DNA of 64,000 bases from Methanobacteriota archaeon (GTDB lineage: Archaea; Thermoplasmatota; E2; DHVEG-1). The notes beneath the pieces are model-generated. The model was not told the origin of the DNA. It did not search any database and worked only from the letters and a program-made list of their open reading frames with translations. The stretch lies in the NCBI GenBank assembly GCA_963769885.1, contig CAVYNH010000006.1, forward strand, positions 704,001 to 768,000, written 5' to 3'. This document shows, piece after piece, positions 1-9,616 of this stretch; the stretch's first letter is position 1; every line of letters begins with the position of its first letter. Both the position numbers and the translations under genes were made by a program.

Positions 1-2
1 TT

Positions 3-1922
3 ATCATCAGCAAAAAAGACCTCGCTGTGTTCGTCAACAACCTCATCCACGACACGACCTACGATGTCGTCGGCCCCCAAGCCAAAGGAGACAAACGCTT
101 CGCCTTCGACACCCTCCAGGACGCCAGCCAACTCCGCCTCGACTACGACACCACCATCCTACCGCCGAAGAAATACTTCCTCCCCCCCTGCGAGACACTA
201 ATAGAATACAACCTCAAGAAATCCTTCGACGCCACACCCTGCATCGACAACAAACCCAGAATCATCATCGGCATGCACCCCTACGACGTCATCGCCCTCC
301 AATACAGCGACAAGGTCTACCAAGACTACCAAAAAGACGACTTCTACCACAAACGCCGCCAAAACACCATCATCATCGCCAGCGACATCGAAACCGTCTA
401 CGAACGCAGCTTCGCCGCCAGCATGGGCACCCACACCACGGACACCGGCTACGACCTCCTCCTCACCAACATCGGAGTACACTACGCCATCACCATCGGC
501 ACCGACAAAGGACGCAAACTCCTCAACACACACGCCACCACCAAAAAAACCACGCCCGCCGACCTCAAACGCGTCACCGACACCCGCGCCAGGCTCGCCG
601 GCAAATACAAACGCACCCTCAAAGCACCCAAAGAAGACTGGCCCAAGATCCTCGCCGCCAACTACGACCACAGCCTCTGGGAAGAAAAAGCGGACCGCTG
701 CATGGAATGCAGCTCCTGCACCATCGTCTGCCCCACCTGCTACTGCTACGACGTCCACGACACCACCGACCTCACCCTCACAGACGGCGAACGCTACCGC
801 ACCTGGGACGGCTGCATGCTCAAAGACTTCGGCAGGATCGGCAGCGGCGAAGTCTTCCGCAAAGACACCAAGGAACGCTACCGCCACCGCTTCTACCGCA
901 AAGGCAACTACCTCCCAGCCCGCTACGGCTACATCGCCTGCGTCGGCTGCGGCCGCTGCGGCATGGCCTGCCTCCCCGACATCGCCGACCCCTACAACGT
1001 CTTCAACGAACTCGTCCGCTTCGGCACCAGCCCCGACACCGACCACTACTACATCCGCCGCAACCCCAAACCCCACGAAAAAGGCATCATCCACACCCCA
1101 CGCCCCGCCACCATCACCCGCATCCAACGCCTCACCACCCAAGAGACCCTCTACGAACTCCGCCTCGACGACGCCAACCCCCTCGGCCACAAACCCGGCC
1201 AATTCGTCGAAATCAGCGTCTTCGGCGTCGGCGAAGCCCCCTTCTGCGTCAGCAGCGCCCCCACCACCACCCCCACATTTGAAATCGCCGTCAGAAAAGT
1301 CGGCAGCGTCACCACCAAGCTCGCCGCCCTCTCCGTCGGCGACAAGGTCGGCGTCCGCGGCCCCTTAGGCGTCGGCTTCGACACCAAAGCCTACGAGAAA
1401 AAAGACCTCCTCCTCACCGCCGGCGGCATCGGCATCTTCCCCATGCGCAGCCTCATCAACTACGTCCTCGCCCCCGAAAACCGACCCAAATACAAGAGCA
1501 TCACCATCCTCTACGGCGCCAAAAAACCCAGCGAGATCATGTTCCAAAACGAAGTCAACCAATGGAAAAAAATCGAAGGCGTCCAAGTCGAACAGACCGT
1601 CGACCGCTGCGACGCCAGCGACTGCTGGGTCGGCTGCACCGGCCTCATCACCACCCTCTTCCCCAAAGTCCAAACAAGCAAACTCGACATCAAAAACACC
1701 ATCGCCGTCGTCATCGGCCCCCCAATCATGTACAAGTTCGTCATCAAATGCCTCCAAACCATCGGCATCACCGACAACCACATCTACGTCAGCCTCGAAC
1801 GCCGCATGAAGTGCGGCGTCGCCAAATGCGGCCACTGCCAACTCAACGGCATCTACGTCTGCAAAGAAGGCCCCGTCTTCAACAACAAAGAACTCCTCAA
1901 CCTCCCGGAGGCATTCGAATGA
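3..1922 (+). CDS. Fused sulfhydrogenase beta (4Fe-4S dicluster) + gamma (FAD/NAD(P)-binding, 2Fe-2S) subunit of group 3b [NiFe]-hydrogenase; probably 5' partial
   Basis: Frame is open from base 3 (IISKKDLAVFVNNL). Beta motifs CMECSSCTIVCPTCYC and CVGCGRCGMAC are followed in the same frame by gamma motifs PGQFV, GEAPF, RGPLG, AGGIG and ERRMKCGVAKCGHC...VCKEGPVF. Confidence 0.9.
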   Translation: MISKKDLAVFVNNLIHDTTYDVVGPQAKGDKRFAFDTLQDASQLRLDYDTTILPPKKYFLPPCETLIEYNLKKSFDATPCIDNKPRIIIGMHPYDVIALQYSDKVYQDYQKDDFYHKRRQNTIIIASDIETVYERSFAASMGTHTTDTGYDLLLTNIGVHYAITIGTDKGRKLLNTHATTKKTTPADLKRVTDTRARLAGKYKRTLKAPKEDWPKILAANYDHSLWEEKADRCMECSSCTIVCPTCYCYDVHDTTDLTLTDGERYRTWDGCMLKDFGRIGSGEVFRKDTKERYRHRFYRKGNYLPARYGYIACVGCGRCGMACLPDIADPYNVFNELVRFGTSPDTDHYYIRRNPKPHEKGIIHTPRPATITRIQRLTTQETLYELRLDDANPLGHKPGQFVEISVFGVGEAPFCVSSAPTTTPTFEIAVRKVGSVTTKLAALSVGDKVGVRGPLGVGFDTKAYEKKDLLLTAGGIGIFPMRSLINYVLAPENRPKYKSITILYGAKKPSEIMFQNEVNQWKKIEGVQVEQTVDRCDASDCWVGCTGLITTLFPKVQTSKLDIKNTIAVVIGPPIMYKFVIKCLQTIGITDNHIYVSLERRMKCGVAKCGHCQLNGIYVCKEGPVFNNKELLNLPEAFE

Positions 1923-2668
1923 CCAAACCCCGCGTCGCCGTCTTCGACTTCGCCGACTGCGAAGGCTGCGAACTCCAAATCGCCAACCTCGAAGAAGAAC
2001 TCCTCGACCTCCTCACCCTCGTCGACATCGTCAGCTTCCGCGAAATCATGACCGAACACAGCGACGACTACGACATCGCCTTGGTCGAAGGCAGCATCAT
2101 GCGCCCCATCGACGAAGAACGCCTCCGCTACATCCGCAGCCGCGCCAAAATCCTCGTCGCCCTCGGCGCCTGCGCCGCCACCGGCTGCGTCAACACCATC
2201 CGCAACCAATGGACCCCAGACAACGTCAAAAAAGAAGTCTACGGCACCGCCCCCCTCAACAAGACCCTCTTCGACGTCGGCCCCGCCAAAGCCCTCAACG
2301 AAGTCGTCCCCGTCGACTACTACCTCCACGGCTGCCCCATCGACCGCAACGAATTCAAAGCCGTCATCACCGCCCTCGCCCTAGGCAAAAAACCGGAAAT
2401 CCCCACCTACCCAGTCTGCGTCGAATGCAAGAAAAACGAGAACATCTGCCAATACGAACTCGGCAACTTCTGCCTCGGCCCCATCACCCGCGCCGGCTGC
2501 AACGCCATCTGCCCCACCCACAACTCCCCCTGCGACGGCTGCCGCGGCATCCTCAAAAAACCGGACACCGAATGCATCAACAACCTCGTCACCCGCTACA
2601 ACCTCACCTACGAAGAACTCACACAACGCTGCACCATCTACAACTCCGGCAAGGAGGCCTGCAAATGA
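1919..2668 (+). CDS. hydD: [NiFe]-hydrogenase group 3b small (delta) subunit
   Basis: ATGA overlap with upstream gene; MTKPRVAVFDFADCEGC, GACA, GCP, VCVEC, CLGPITRAGCNAICP..CDGCRG. Confidence 0.92.
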   Translation: MTKPRVAVFDFADCEGCELQIANLEEELLDLLTLVDIVSFREIMTEHSDDYDIALVEGSIMRPIDEERLRYIRSRAKILVALGACAATGCVNTIRNQWTPDNVKKEVYGTAPLNKTLFDVGPAKALNEVVPVDYYLHGCPIDRNEFKAVITALALGKKPEIPTYPVCVECKKNENICQYELGNFCLGPITRAGCNAICPTHNSPCDGCRGILKKPDTECINNLVTRYNLTYEELTQRCTIYNSGKEACK

Positions 2669-3969
2669 CCAAAGACGCCCACATCCACGTCCACCACCTC
2701 ACCAGAGTCGAAGGACACGGTGACATCGTCCTCGACGTCAAAGCAGGCAAGATCCAACAACTCCAATGGCAAGTCGTCGAAGCACCCCGCTTCTTCGAAG
2801 CCATGCTCCGCGGCCGCCACTACACCGACCTCCGCCCCATCACCAGCCGCATCTGCGGCATCTGCAGCATCGGCCACTCCCTCGCCAGCCTCAAAGCCAC
2901 CGAAGACGCCCTCAACGTCAAACTCACCGACCAAACCCAACTCCTCCGCCGCCTCGCCATCAACGCCGAAAACATGCAAAGCCACATCCTCCACATCGGC
3001 TACCTCGCCGCCCCCGACCTCCTCGGCGTCGGCAGCGTCGTCCCCCTCGCCGGCTCCAAAAACCACGCCATCCTCCTCAAAATCGTCACCCTCCACCGCC
3101 TCTCCAACCAGATGAGCGACCTCATCTGCGGACGCACCATGCACCCCATCCGCCTCGTCATCGGCGGGTTCACCATGACCCCCACCAAAAAACAACTCGA
3201 AACCCTCAAAACCCGCCTCAAGGAAGCCCTCCCCCTCGCCCAAGACCTCATCGCCGTCCTCCAAAGACTCCAAGACAAACTCCCCGACTTCGAACGCGAA
3301 ACCGAATACATCGCCCTCTCCAGTGACAAAGAATACGCCCTCTACGACGGCACCATGACCTCCACCGACACCGGCCCCTTCACCCAAAACAAGAACTACC
3401 AATCGCTGATGAAGGAATACGTCGTCCCCCAGTCCACCGCCAAATACGCTAAACACGCCCGCGACTCCTACTTCGTCGGCGCCCTCGCCCGCTTCAACCT
3501 CAACAGCCGCCAACTCCACCCCCGGGCCCAGGAGACCGCCGAGTACTTCGACCTGCACGCCCCCTGCTACAACCCCTTCCTCAACACCTTCGCCCAGATG
3601 GTCGAGTTCGTCCACAACATCGAGGACTCCCTCCAGATCATCGATCAGCTCCTCAACCGGGGCATCAAAGACGAGAAACCCGCCGCCGCCGTCCCGAAGG
3701 CCGGCCGCGGCGTCGGCATCGTGGAAGTCCCCCGGGGCCTCCTCGTCCATGACTATACCTTAGATAAGAACGGGAACTGCACGAAAGCGAACTGCATCAT
3801 CCCCACGAACCAGAACCATGCCAACATCCAGCTCGATATGGAGAAACTGGTCCCCACGATTCTCCATAAGAGCGAAAAAGAGATTGAGTTGACCCTGGAG
3901 ATGCTCGTGCGGGCATACGACCCCTGTGTTTCCTGTTCCACTCATTACCTTTCCGTGAGGTTCGTCTGA
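2665..3969 (+). CDS. hydA: [NiFe]-hydrogenase group 3b large (alpha) subunit
   Basis: ATGA overlap; TRVEGHG, L1 motif RICGICS, L2 motif DPCVSCSTH followed by a short cleavable tail. Confidence 0.95.
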   Translation: MTKDAHIHVHHLTRVEGHGDIVLDVKAGKIQQLQWQVVEAPRFFEAMLRGRHYTDLRPITSRICGICSIGHSLASLKATEDALNVKLTDQTQLLRRLAINAENMQSHILHIGYLAAPDLLGVGSVVPLAGSKNHAILLKIVTLHRLSNQMSDLICGRTMHPIRLVIGGFTMTPTKKQLETLKTRLKEALPLAQDLIAVLQRLQDKLPDFERETEYIALSSDKEYALYDGTMTSTDTGPFTQNKNYQSLMKEYVVPQSTAKYAKHARDSYFVGALARFNLNSRQLHPRAQETAEYFDLHAPCYNPFLNTFAQMVEFVHNIEDSLQIIDQLLNRGIKDEKPAAAVPKAGRGVGIVEVPRGLLVHDYTLDKNGNCTKANCIIPTNQNHANIQLDMEKLVPTILHKSEKEIELTLEMLVRAYDPCVSCSTHYLSVRFV

Positions 3970-3986
3970 GCCTCACACGTTTTCCT

Positions 3987-4463
3987 ATGCACGTTGGCGT
4001 CATCGGATTGGGCAGCCCGCTTCGCGGGGACGACGGAGTCGGCATCGTCCTTCTTCATCGGGTTCAGGCGAAGAAGAAGCCGGCCTGGCAGGAGATCGAG
4101 TTCATCGACGGCGGCACTGGCGGGTTGTCACTGGTCCACGACCTCACCCGGTTCACGCATGTGTTGATCATCGACGCGGTGGACTTCCAGGGCGAACCTG
4201 GGGAGTATCATCTCTTTGTCGCCAGTGATTTTCTCGCCAGCAGCACGCCGCCCAAGACGCTGTCGACACATGAACCCGGGCTCGCCGAGGACTTGCGCCT
4301 CGCCTGCCAGCTGCATACCTTGCCGGGTGTGGTGGAGATTTTCGGCGTGCAGCCTGAAAACATGGCATATAAGATGGGGCTCAGCCCGGCGGTCTCGGCG
4401 CAGGTGGATTCGTTGGCTCGGAGTCTGTCGTCGCTGTTGAATCAGCTTCCCCGCCTTCGGTGA
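3987..4463 (+). CDS. Hydrogenase maturation protease
   Basis: GLGSPLRGDDGVG, IDGGTGG, IIDAVD, STH; directly after the large subunit. Confidence 0.9.
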   Translation: MHVGVIGLGSPLRGDDGVGIVLLHRVQAKKKPAWQEIEFIDGGTGGLSLVHDLTRFTHVLIIDAVDFQGEPGEYHLFVASDFLASSTPPKTLSTHEPGLAEDLRLACQLHTLPGVVEIFGVQPENMAYKMGLSPAVSAQVDSLARSLSSLLNQLPRLR

Positions 4464-5685
4464 CCTCGTGTTCCTGCATGAGTGGCGCAGGCGGCATCCG
4501 TTTTTTCCAAATATAAGATAAGACGAGGGTGGTGGCGACGCTGATGATGAGAAGCCCGATGGGGGCCCAGACATTCTGGAGGACCATGAAGTCCGCAACG
4601 AACAGGATGCCGAAGGAAAGGATCATGATGCCGGAAAGAAGCTTCAGCTGGCGGGCGCGCCATTCTGAGAGCTTCGCCCTGCCGAGGGTGAAGGTGAACG
4701 CGAGGAGGATGGCGATGAGAGGGATGACGTAGACGATGTTGTAGAGGATAAGGTACAAGTAATGAGTCGTGGTAGGGAGGTGGTAGGCAGCGAGCTGGGT
4801 GGTGTAGACGAGGGGGAAGCCGAGGGTGCAGAGGAGTTCGTAGAAGTTGACGGTGACGGCGAGGAAGATGGCGCCGCCGAGGATGGCGGGAAGGTACGAT
4901 GCGCGGACGAGGCTGCGGGTCCGGTCGAAGATCACGGTGCGTTTTTCCTCGGGGATGCTGAGGCTGGGGCCTTGTTTGAAGTAGAAGAAGTCCTTGATGT
5001 TAAGGATGCCCATGGCGAGGGCGACGATGCCAGCGGCAAGCGAGATGATCCTGATGTTTTGGAGGACGGCGAGGGTGTTGAAGAGGAGGAACATGAAGAG
5101 GAAGTAGATGAAGCCGGAGAAGAAGATGAAGATGCCGCCGACGAGGAGCATCTTGCGTCTGGATTGCAGGGAGATGAGGAGGCTGAGGAGGAAGAAGAGG
5201 ACGAAGAAGGAGCAGGGGTTGATGCTGTCGAGGGCGCCGAGGGTGACAGTGAGGACGGGGAGGGAGAGGCTGGTGAGGTCAAGTCTGCCGATGAGGGGTA
5301 AGAAGATGGTGGTTTCATTTTGGGTGTAGTTGGATGACAGGTTGCGGATGTAGCTGTCGAGGATATCTGCGATAGTGTTGTAGGTGATGTTGTCGCTGAT
5401 GATTTTGGTCTGGTTTTGGATGAGGACGGCGGGGTATTGGGTGAAGCCGTGGGAGTGGAAGTCCTGCATGTTGGTGGCGTTGGTGAGTTCGAGCATGAGG
5501 ACGGTGACGGTGGCGGAGTAGTTGTGTTGGATGGCGGTGATGATCGGGATTTTTTCGCGGCAGTGGGAGCAGGATTCGGCATAGTAGTATTTGAGGGTGA
5601 GGGGGGTGGCGGCGCTGACGGGTGGGATGAGAAGTAGGAGGGTGAGGAGAAGGATGATGGTGAGGATGAGGGTCTTGTGGGGCAT
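4381..5685 (-). CDS. Membrane protein: signal peptide + thioredoxin/glutaredoxin-like CxxC domain + DsbD/CcdA-like transmembrane domain
   Basis: CSHC, then hydrophobic helices with DSINPC and ELLCT motifs. Confidence 0.75.
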   Translation of the reverse strand: MPHKTLILTIILLLTLLLLIPPVSAATPLTLKYYYAESCSHCREKIPIITAIQHNYSATVTVLMLELTNATNMQDFHSHGFTQYPAVLIQNQTKIISDNITYNTIADILDSYIRNLSSNYTQNETTIFLPLIGRLDLTSLSLPVLTVTLGALDSINPCSFFVLFFLLSLLISLQSRRKMLLVGGIFIFFSGFIYFLFMFLLFNTLAVLQNIRIISLAAGIVALAMGILNIKDFFYFKQGPSLSIPEEKRTVIFDRTRSLVRASYLPAILGGAIFLAVTVNFYELLCTLGFPLVYTTQLAAYHLPTTTHYLYLILYNIVYVIPLIAILLAFTFTLGRAKLSEWRARQLKLLSGIMILSFGILFVADFMVLQNVWAPIGLLIISVATTLVLSYIWKKRMPPAPLMQEHEVTEGGEADSTATTDSEPTNPPAPRPPG

Positions 5686-5758
5686 TCGGGGTCGGGGCCG
5701 CCTAGGGCTGGTAGGTCCTTGGTTTTCTATCCGAGGCGTGTATTTTATGGTTTGTGTC

Positions 5759-6007
5759 TTATCCTCCGGAGACGACGGGGGGTGCGATGGCGAGCTTGTC
5801 GCCTGGTGCGAGGGGGGCGTCGTGGCTGGTGAGGGCGCCGTTTTTGGTGGCCATCATGTAGGGGATGTCTTTGGTGAAGTCTGGGTATTTGGTGGTGAAG
5901 GCGACGAGGACGTCTTGGATGGTGCGGGGGTTGGTGAGGGGGAGGGTGAGGGTGTCGGCGCCGACCGTGTCTTTGTAGCGGCCGTAGAGCCGGATGGTGA
6001 TGCTCAT
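5759..6007 (-). CDS. MoaD/ThiS/SAMP ubiquitin-like sulfur carrier
   Basis: 82 aa ending PPVVSGG; overlaps the E1-like gene. Confidence 0.88.
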   Translation of the reverse strand: MSITIRLYGRYKDTVGADTLTLPLTNPRTIQDVLVAFTTKYPDFTKDIPYMMATKNGALTSHDAPLAPGDKLAIAPPVVSGG

Positions 6008-6738
6008 GTGGGGGTGCTCCTGTTGCAGGTGGGGCAGTGGGGGTTGCGGGTGACGGGGATGGTGTCGCAGTGCTGGTGGTCGGCGTCGTAGATGAGGAGG
6101 CCGCTGGGTGGTCGGCCTTGGATGATGTGGAGGGCTTCGATGGTCTGGAGGGCGGCGGTGATGGCGGGGAGGGCGCCGTGGATGGGGAGGGGGGTGGCGG
6201 TGGATTCCGGGAGGGTACGGGTGAGGCAGTGGAAGCAGGGGGTTTGCCCGGGGATGATGCCGAGGATCATGCCGGTGGTTTCGGTGACGCCGGCGTAGAC
6301 CCAGGGGATGTGGAGGTCGACGGCGGCGGTGTTGATGGTGTGGCGGGTGGGGAGGTTGTCGGTGCCGTCGAGGATGATGGTGGCGTCGTCGAGGAGGGTG
6401 GTGATGTTGTCGGGGGTGACGGCGATGGTGTGGTCGTAGATGGTGACGTCGTGGTTGGCGGCTCTGAGGTGTGCGGCGAGGGTGGTGCTTTTGGGTTTGC
6501 CGATGTCGGCTTCGGTGTAGGTGGTGGTGCGGTGGAGGTTGGAAAGTTCGATGGTGTCGTGGTCGATGAGGTCGATGGTGCCGATGCCCATGCGGACGAG
6601 GAGGTTGGCGGTGTGGCTGCCGATGCCGCCGCAGCCGATGAGGACGGCGTAGGTGTCGTGGAGTTGCTGTTGGGCTTTTTCTCCGAAGGTGTTGAGGATG
6701 AGTTGGCGGTGGTAGCGGGAGACGGGTGGTGTGGGCAT
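6004..6738 (-). CDS. ThiF/MoeB/UbaA-family E1-like adenylyltransferase
   Basis: RYHRQ, GCGGIG, DHDTIELSNLHR, DGTDN, two CxxC zinc motifs. Confidence 0.9.
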   Translation of the reverse strand: MPTPPVSRYHRQLILNTFGEKAQQQLHDTYAVLIGCGGIGSHTANLLVRMGIGTIDLIDHDTIELSNLHRTTTYTEADIGKPKSTTLAAHLRAANHDVTIYDHTIAVTPDNITTLLDDATIILDGTDNLPTRHTINTAAVDLHIPWVYAGVTETTGMILGIIPGQTPCFHCLTRTLPESTATPLPIHGALPAITAALQTIEALHIIQGRPPSGLLIYDADHQHCDTIPVTRNPHCPTCNRSTPT

Positions 6739-6806
6739 CGTGGGTTGGTATCGGTGTGGCGTGTTTTTATAGGTTTGTTTCTTTGGTGGGGAAAAGGAGG
6801 GTTTGG

Positions 6807-7541
6807 CTAGGGGTGGGTGGTGGGTGGTTTTGTGGTGAGTTCTTTGGCGGGGACGCCGGCGTAGGTTTTGCCTTGGGTGAGTCGTTGGTGTTTGGTGACG
6901 AGGGCGCCGGCGGCGATGGTGACGTCGTTTTCGATGGTGGCGCCGGGCATGATGATGGAGCCTGCGCCGATGACGCAGTTGTCGCCGATGGTGATGGGGG
7001 CCATGTCGATGGTGTCGTGTTGCATGTTGTGGATGTGGCCGTAGATGATGGCGTATTCGCCCATGGTGGTGTTGGCGCCGAAGGTGGTGAGGCAGGGGTC
7101 TTTGACGACGCCGCCGACCAAGGTGTTCTTTCCGATCTTCATGCCGAGGAGGCGGTAGTAGGTGAGCTTGGTGCGGCCGAGGGGGACGATCTCGAAGATC
7201 TTGCGTCCGGGGGTGTAGAGACTACAGACGATGAGCCATTTGATGGATTCCATGTTGGTGAAGTCGTAGGCGTAGAGGCCGGGTTTGTACTTGATGTTGA
7301 AAATATAGACGATGGCGGCGGGGATGAGGGTGATGCATTGGATGGTGATGATGGCGCCGATGTATACGATGGCCGGGAGGAGGAGGACATGCCACCAAAT
7401 GGTGAGGTTGAGGGTGCGCCAGGCGAGGAGGCCGAGCAGGACTGGGGGGAGGAAGCCGAGGTAGAAGATGAAGAACATGGCGACCGGGAAGAGGTATTTG
7501 CTGATGGTGAACGGCGTGGGGGGTGGGTTTGTTCCTGGCAT
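6807..7541 (-). CDS. Membrane-anchored hexapeptide-repeat (left-handed beta-helix) acyltransferase-like protein
   Basis: N-terminal TM helices; LGMKIG, ITIGDNCVIGAGSIIMPGATIENDVTIAAGALV, YAGVPAK. Confidence 0.75.
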   Translation of the reverse strand: MPGTNPPPTPFTISKYLFPVAMFFIFYLGFLPPVLLGLLAWRTLNLTIWWHVLLLPAIVYIGAIITIQCITLIPAAIVYIFNIKYKPGLYAYDFTNMESIKWLIVCSLYTPGRKIFEIVPLGRTKLTYYRLLGMKIGKNTLVGGVVKDPCLTTFGANTTMGEYAIIYGHIHNMQHDTIDMAPITIGDNCVIGAGSIIMPGATIENDVTIAAGALVTKHQRLTQGKTYAGVPAKELTTKPPTTHP

Positions 7542-7579
7542 CTCTCAGGGGAATAGGAACTTGCTGAACCCTTTTAAAG

Positions 7580-8843
7580 TTAGTGGATGAGCTGGTATTC
7601 TTGGTAGGCCGTGGTCAGGTCTGCGAGGTAGTCGGGGAGGCTGCCGGCGAAGTCATTGAGGGCCGCGGTTTGGAGGCTGATGGCGGTGGTGTAGTGAAGG
7701 AGATTCGGGCCAGTGAGGTTGGCGCCGAGGAGGGGCTGGTAGCGTCGGAAGACCATCTCGGTGAGGCTGAAGGCGTACATCGCGGTGGCCGAGTCCGTGG
7801 TCTGATTCCCCGCGAATCTGAGGGTCTGTCGGCTGGCGTCCATCGCCTCGGTGTAGAGTGGTTTGACATTGTGGGCGTCGACCCAGAGCCATTGCTCCTC
7901 GCCGGTCATCTTGGGGAAGATGTAGTCGTGGACGGCGTGCCGTTCGTCATCTGGCCCGCAGATCCGCAGGATGAGGTCGCGGTCCTGGACGACCGGGGTC
8001 TTGCCGCCGTGGGCTTGGGTGAGGATCCAGCCGATGCCGGGGCAGTAGTACTCGACCATGTAGTGCATCTGGACCCAGTAATTGTCGTGCTGGCTGACCA
8101 TGACGCTGCGGGCGGGGACGCCCTGGGCGCGGAAGAGCGCGGCGGCGAGGTGGGATCGTCCGGGGCAGTCGCCGCTGCGGCGCAGGACGGTCTTGGCGTC
8201 TTGTCCTTTCAGGATGCCGAGGCGCAGCTGCAGGGCGTAGAAGAGCTCACGGTGGTTGTGGGTGAACCAGACGACGCGGTCCGCGTACCGCAGGAGGTTG
8301 GTGGTGCCGTGCGCCAGTTGTCGGGCGGTGTGTCGGATGGTAATGCTGCGGGATTGGACGACGGGGCTGGGCTTCAGCCATGGCCAGGTGTCTCGTGGCA
8401 GGTCTCTGAGGCAGGGGAAGCGGACGTAGCGGGGGAGGTCCTTGAAGTCGGTGGGGTTGACGAGCGCCCAGCTGTTGAAGTGGATCAGGACGGTCTGGTC
8501 CGCGGTGAGGTTGCCGAGGGTGAAGACGACGAGCTTGTTGGGCGCCTCCGTGTCGTTGATAATCGTATAAGAGATGAGTGCCGTCGTGGTGTCATTGAGG
8601 ATCTCGATGAACACGGGGGTTTGGTACTGGGTACTCAGGTGGGAACACATAAGAGACAATACAGATGGGGACGAAGGATGTGGCTTTGAGGTAGAGGTAG
8701 TTTTCATTGCGCATCAGATGCAGGGTCGCAGTCGCGGTCGTCTGCATTGGATTGGATGGTGCGGAGGGAACAGGGATGGCGATCGCACTCGAGGGCAGGA
8801 GGAGGACCGCGAGAGTGAAGAGCGTGGTGAGGTGGCGCCTCAT
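7580..8843 (-). CDS. Secreted transglutaminase-like domain protein; one frameshift at ~8630 (likely read error)
   Basis: Signal peptide MRRHLTTLFTLAVLLL in ORF 8592..8864 joins ORF 7580..8707 if one C after GTAC is removed (FPPEY|QYQTPV); GDCPG...GVPAR...MHYMVEYY core. Confidence 0.7.
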
Positions 8844-8908
8844 TGGTATGGTTCTCAGTTGCATAACGGAGGAAAAATAGGTTGGGGAACTATATAATAG
8901 TTATTATA

Positions 8909-9568
8909 TTAGTCTTCGGGCTTCTGGGCGATGACGAGGAACCTCCAATCCCTGGATTTCCCCTGGATCTCCCGGATACGCAGCTCGGACGAACGAAGCA
9001 GGTTCTCAACCCAGGACCTGGTATGCGCTAACTTGTAGGCATCCATATGGTACCTGATGACATCATGGGTCGCACTCCGATGCCGCATAAAAAACCGAAG
9101 GGCGAATAATCTCCACCGCGGCAAATCCTTGTTCAACGCATCCAAAATCAGGTACCCACCCGGTTTCAACACTCGATAGATCTCTTGAAAACTTTTCTTT
9201 GGATCCGGCCAGTACGGCAGGCTGAACCGCGAGACGACCGCATCAACCTGACCTGAACAAATGGGAAGAGACTCCGAAACTCCTTGAATAAACCCCGCAC
9301 TTGCGCAGCCGGCATCCTTGAAATTCTGCCCCGCGAAACGCAGCATATCCCGCTGCGGATCCACCCCTATGAGTACTCCCTCAGGGTAGAGTTTCCGTAA
9401 CTCAAGAGACAACAGTCCCGTACCGGTTCCCACATCAAGGATGACCGGGCGAGGACCATGAAGACACTGCGGCACCTGGCGCGCCACCTCTTGATACAAC
9501 TCAGGGTACCGCCGCATGTACTCATTGAATCGCACGGCAGTCAAATCGTCAACAGTCTCGGTCGGCAT
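8909..9568 (-). CDS. Class I SAM-dependent methyltransferase
   Basis: ILDVGTGTG, GVD, EIYRVLKPGG. Confidence 0.85.
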   Translation of the reverse strand: MPTETVDDLTAVRFNEYMRRYPELYQEVARQVPQCLHGPRPVILDVGTGTGLLSLELRKLYPEGVLIGVDPQRDMLRFAGQNFKDAGCASAGFIQGVSESLPICSGQVDAVVSRFSLPYWPDPKKSFQEIYRVLKPGGYLILDALNKDLPRWRLFALRFFMRHRSATHDVIRYHMDAYKLAHTRSWVENLLRSSELRIREIQGKSRDWRFLVIAQKPED

Positions 9569-9616
9569 ACGGATGCTCAGAGGAAACAGGACGCGGCGGC
9601 ATAAGGCTTTTTCTCC

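Noticed and set aside
198-3750. Long antisense and alternate-frame ORFs (198..1202, 2638..3750; likewise 18434..19729, 18732..20027, 7583..8689 and many others)
   Set aside because: Shadows of real genes: extreme third-position C or G bias removes stop codons from other frames, and the translations are low-complexity
4381-4463. 83-bp convergent overlap of the protease and membrane-protein genes
   Set aside because: The overlap encodes only a low-complexity tail; nothing suggests function
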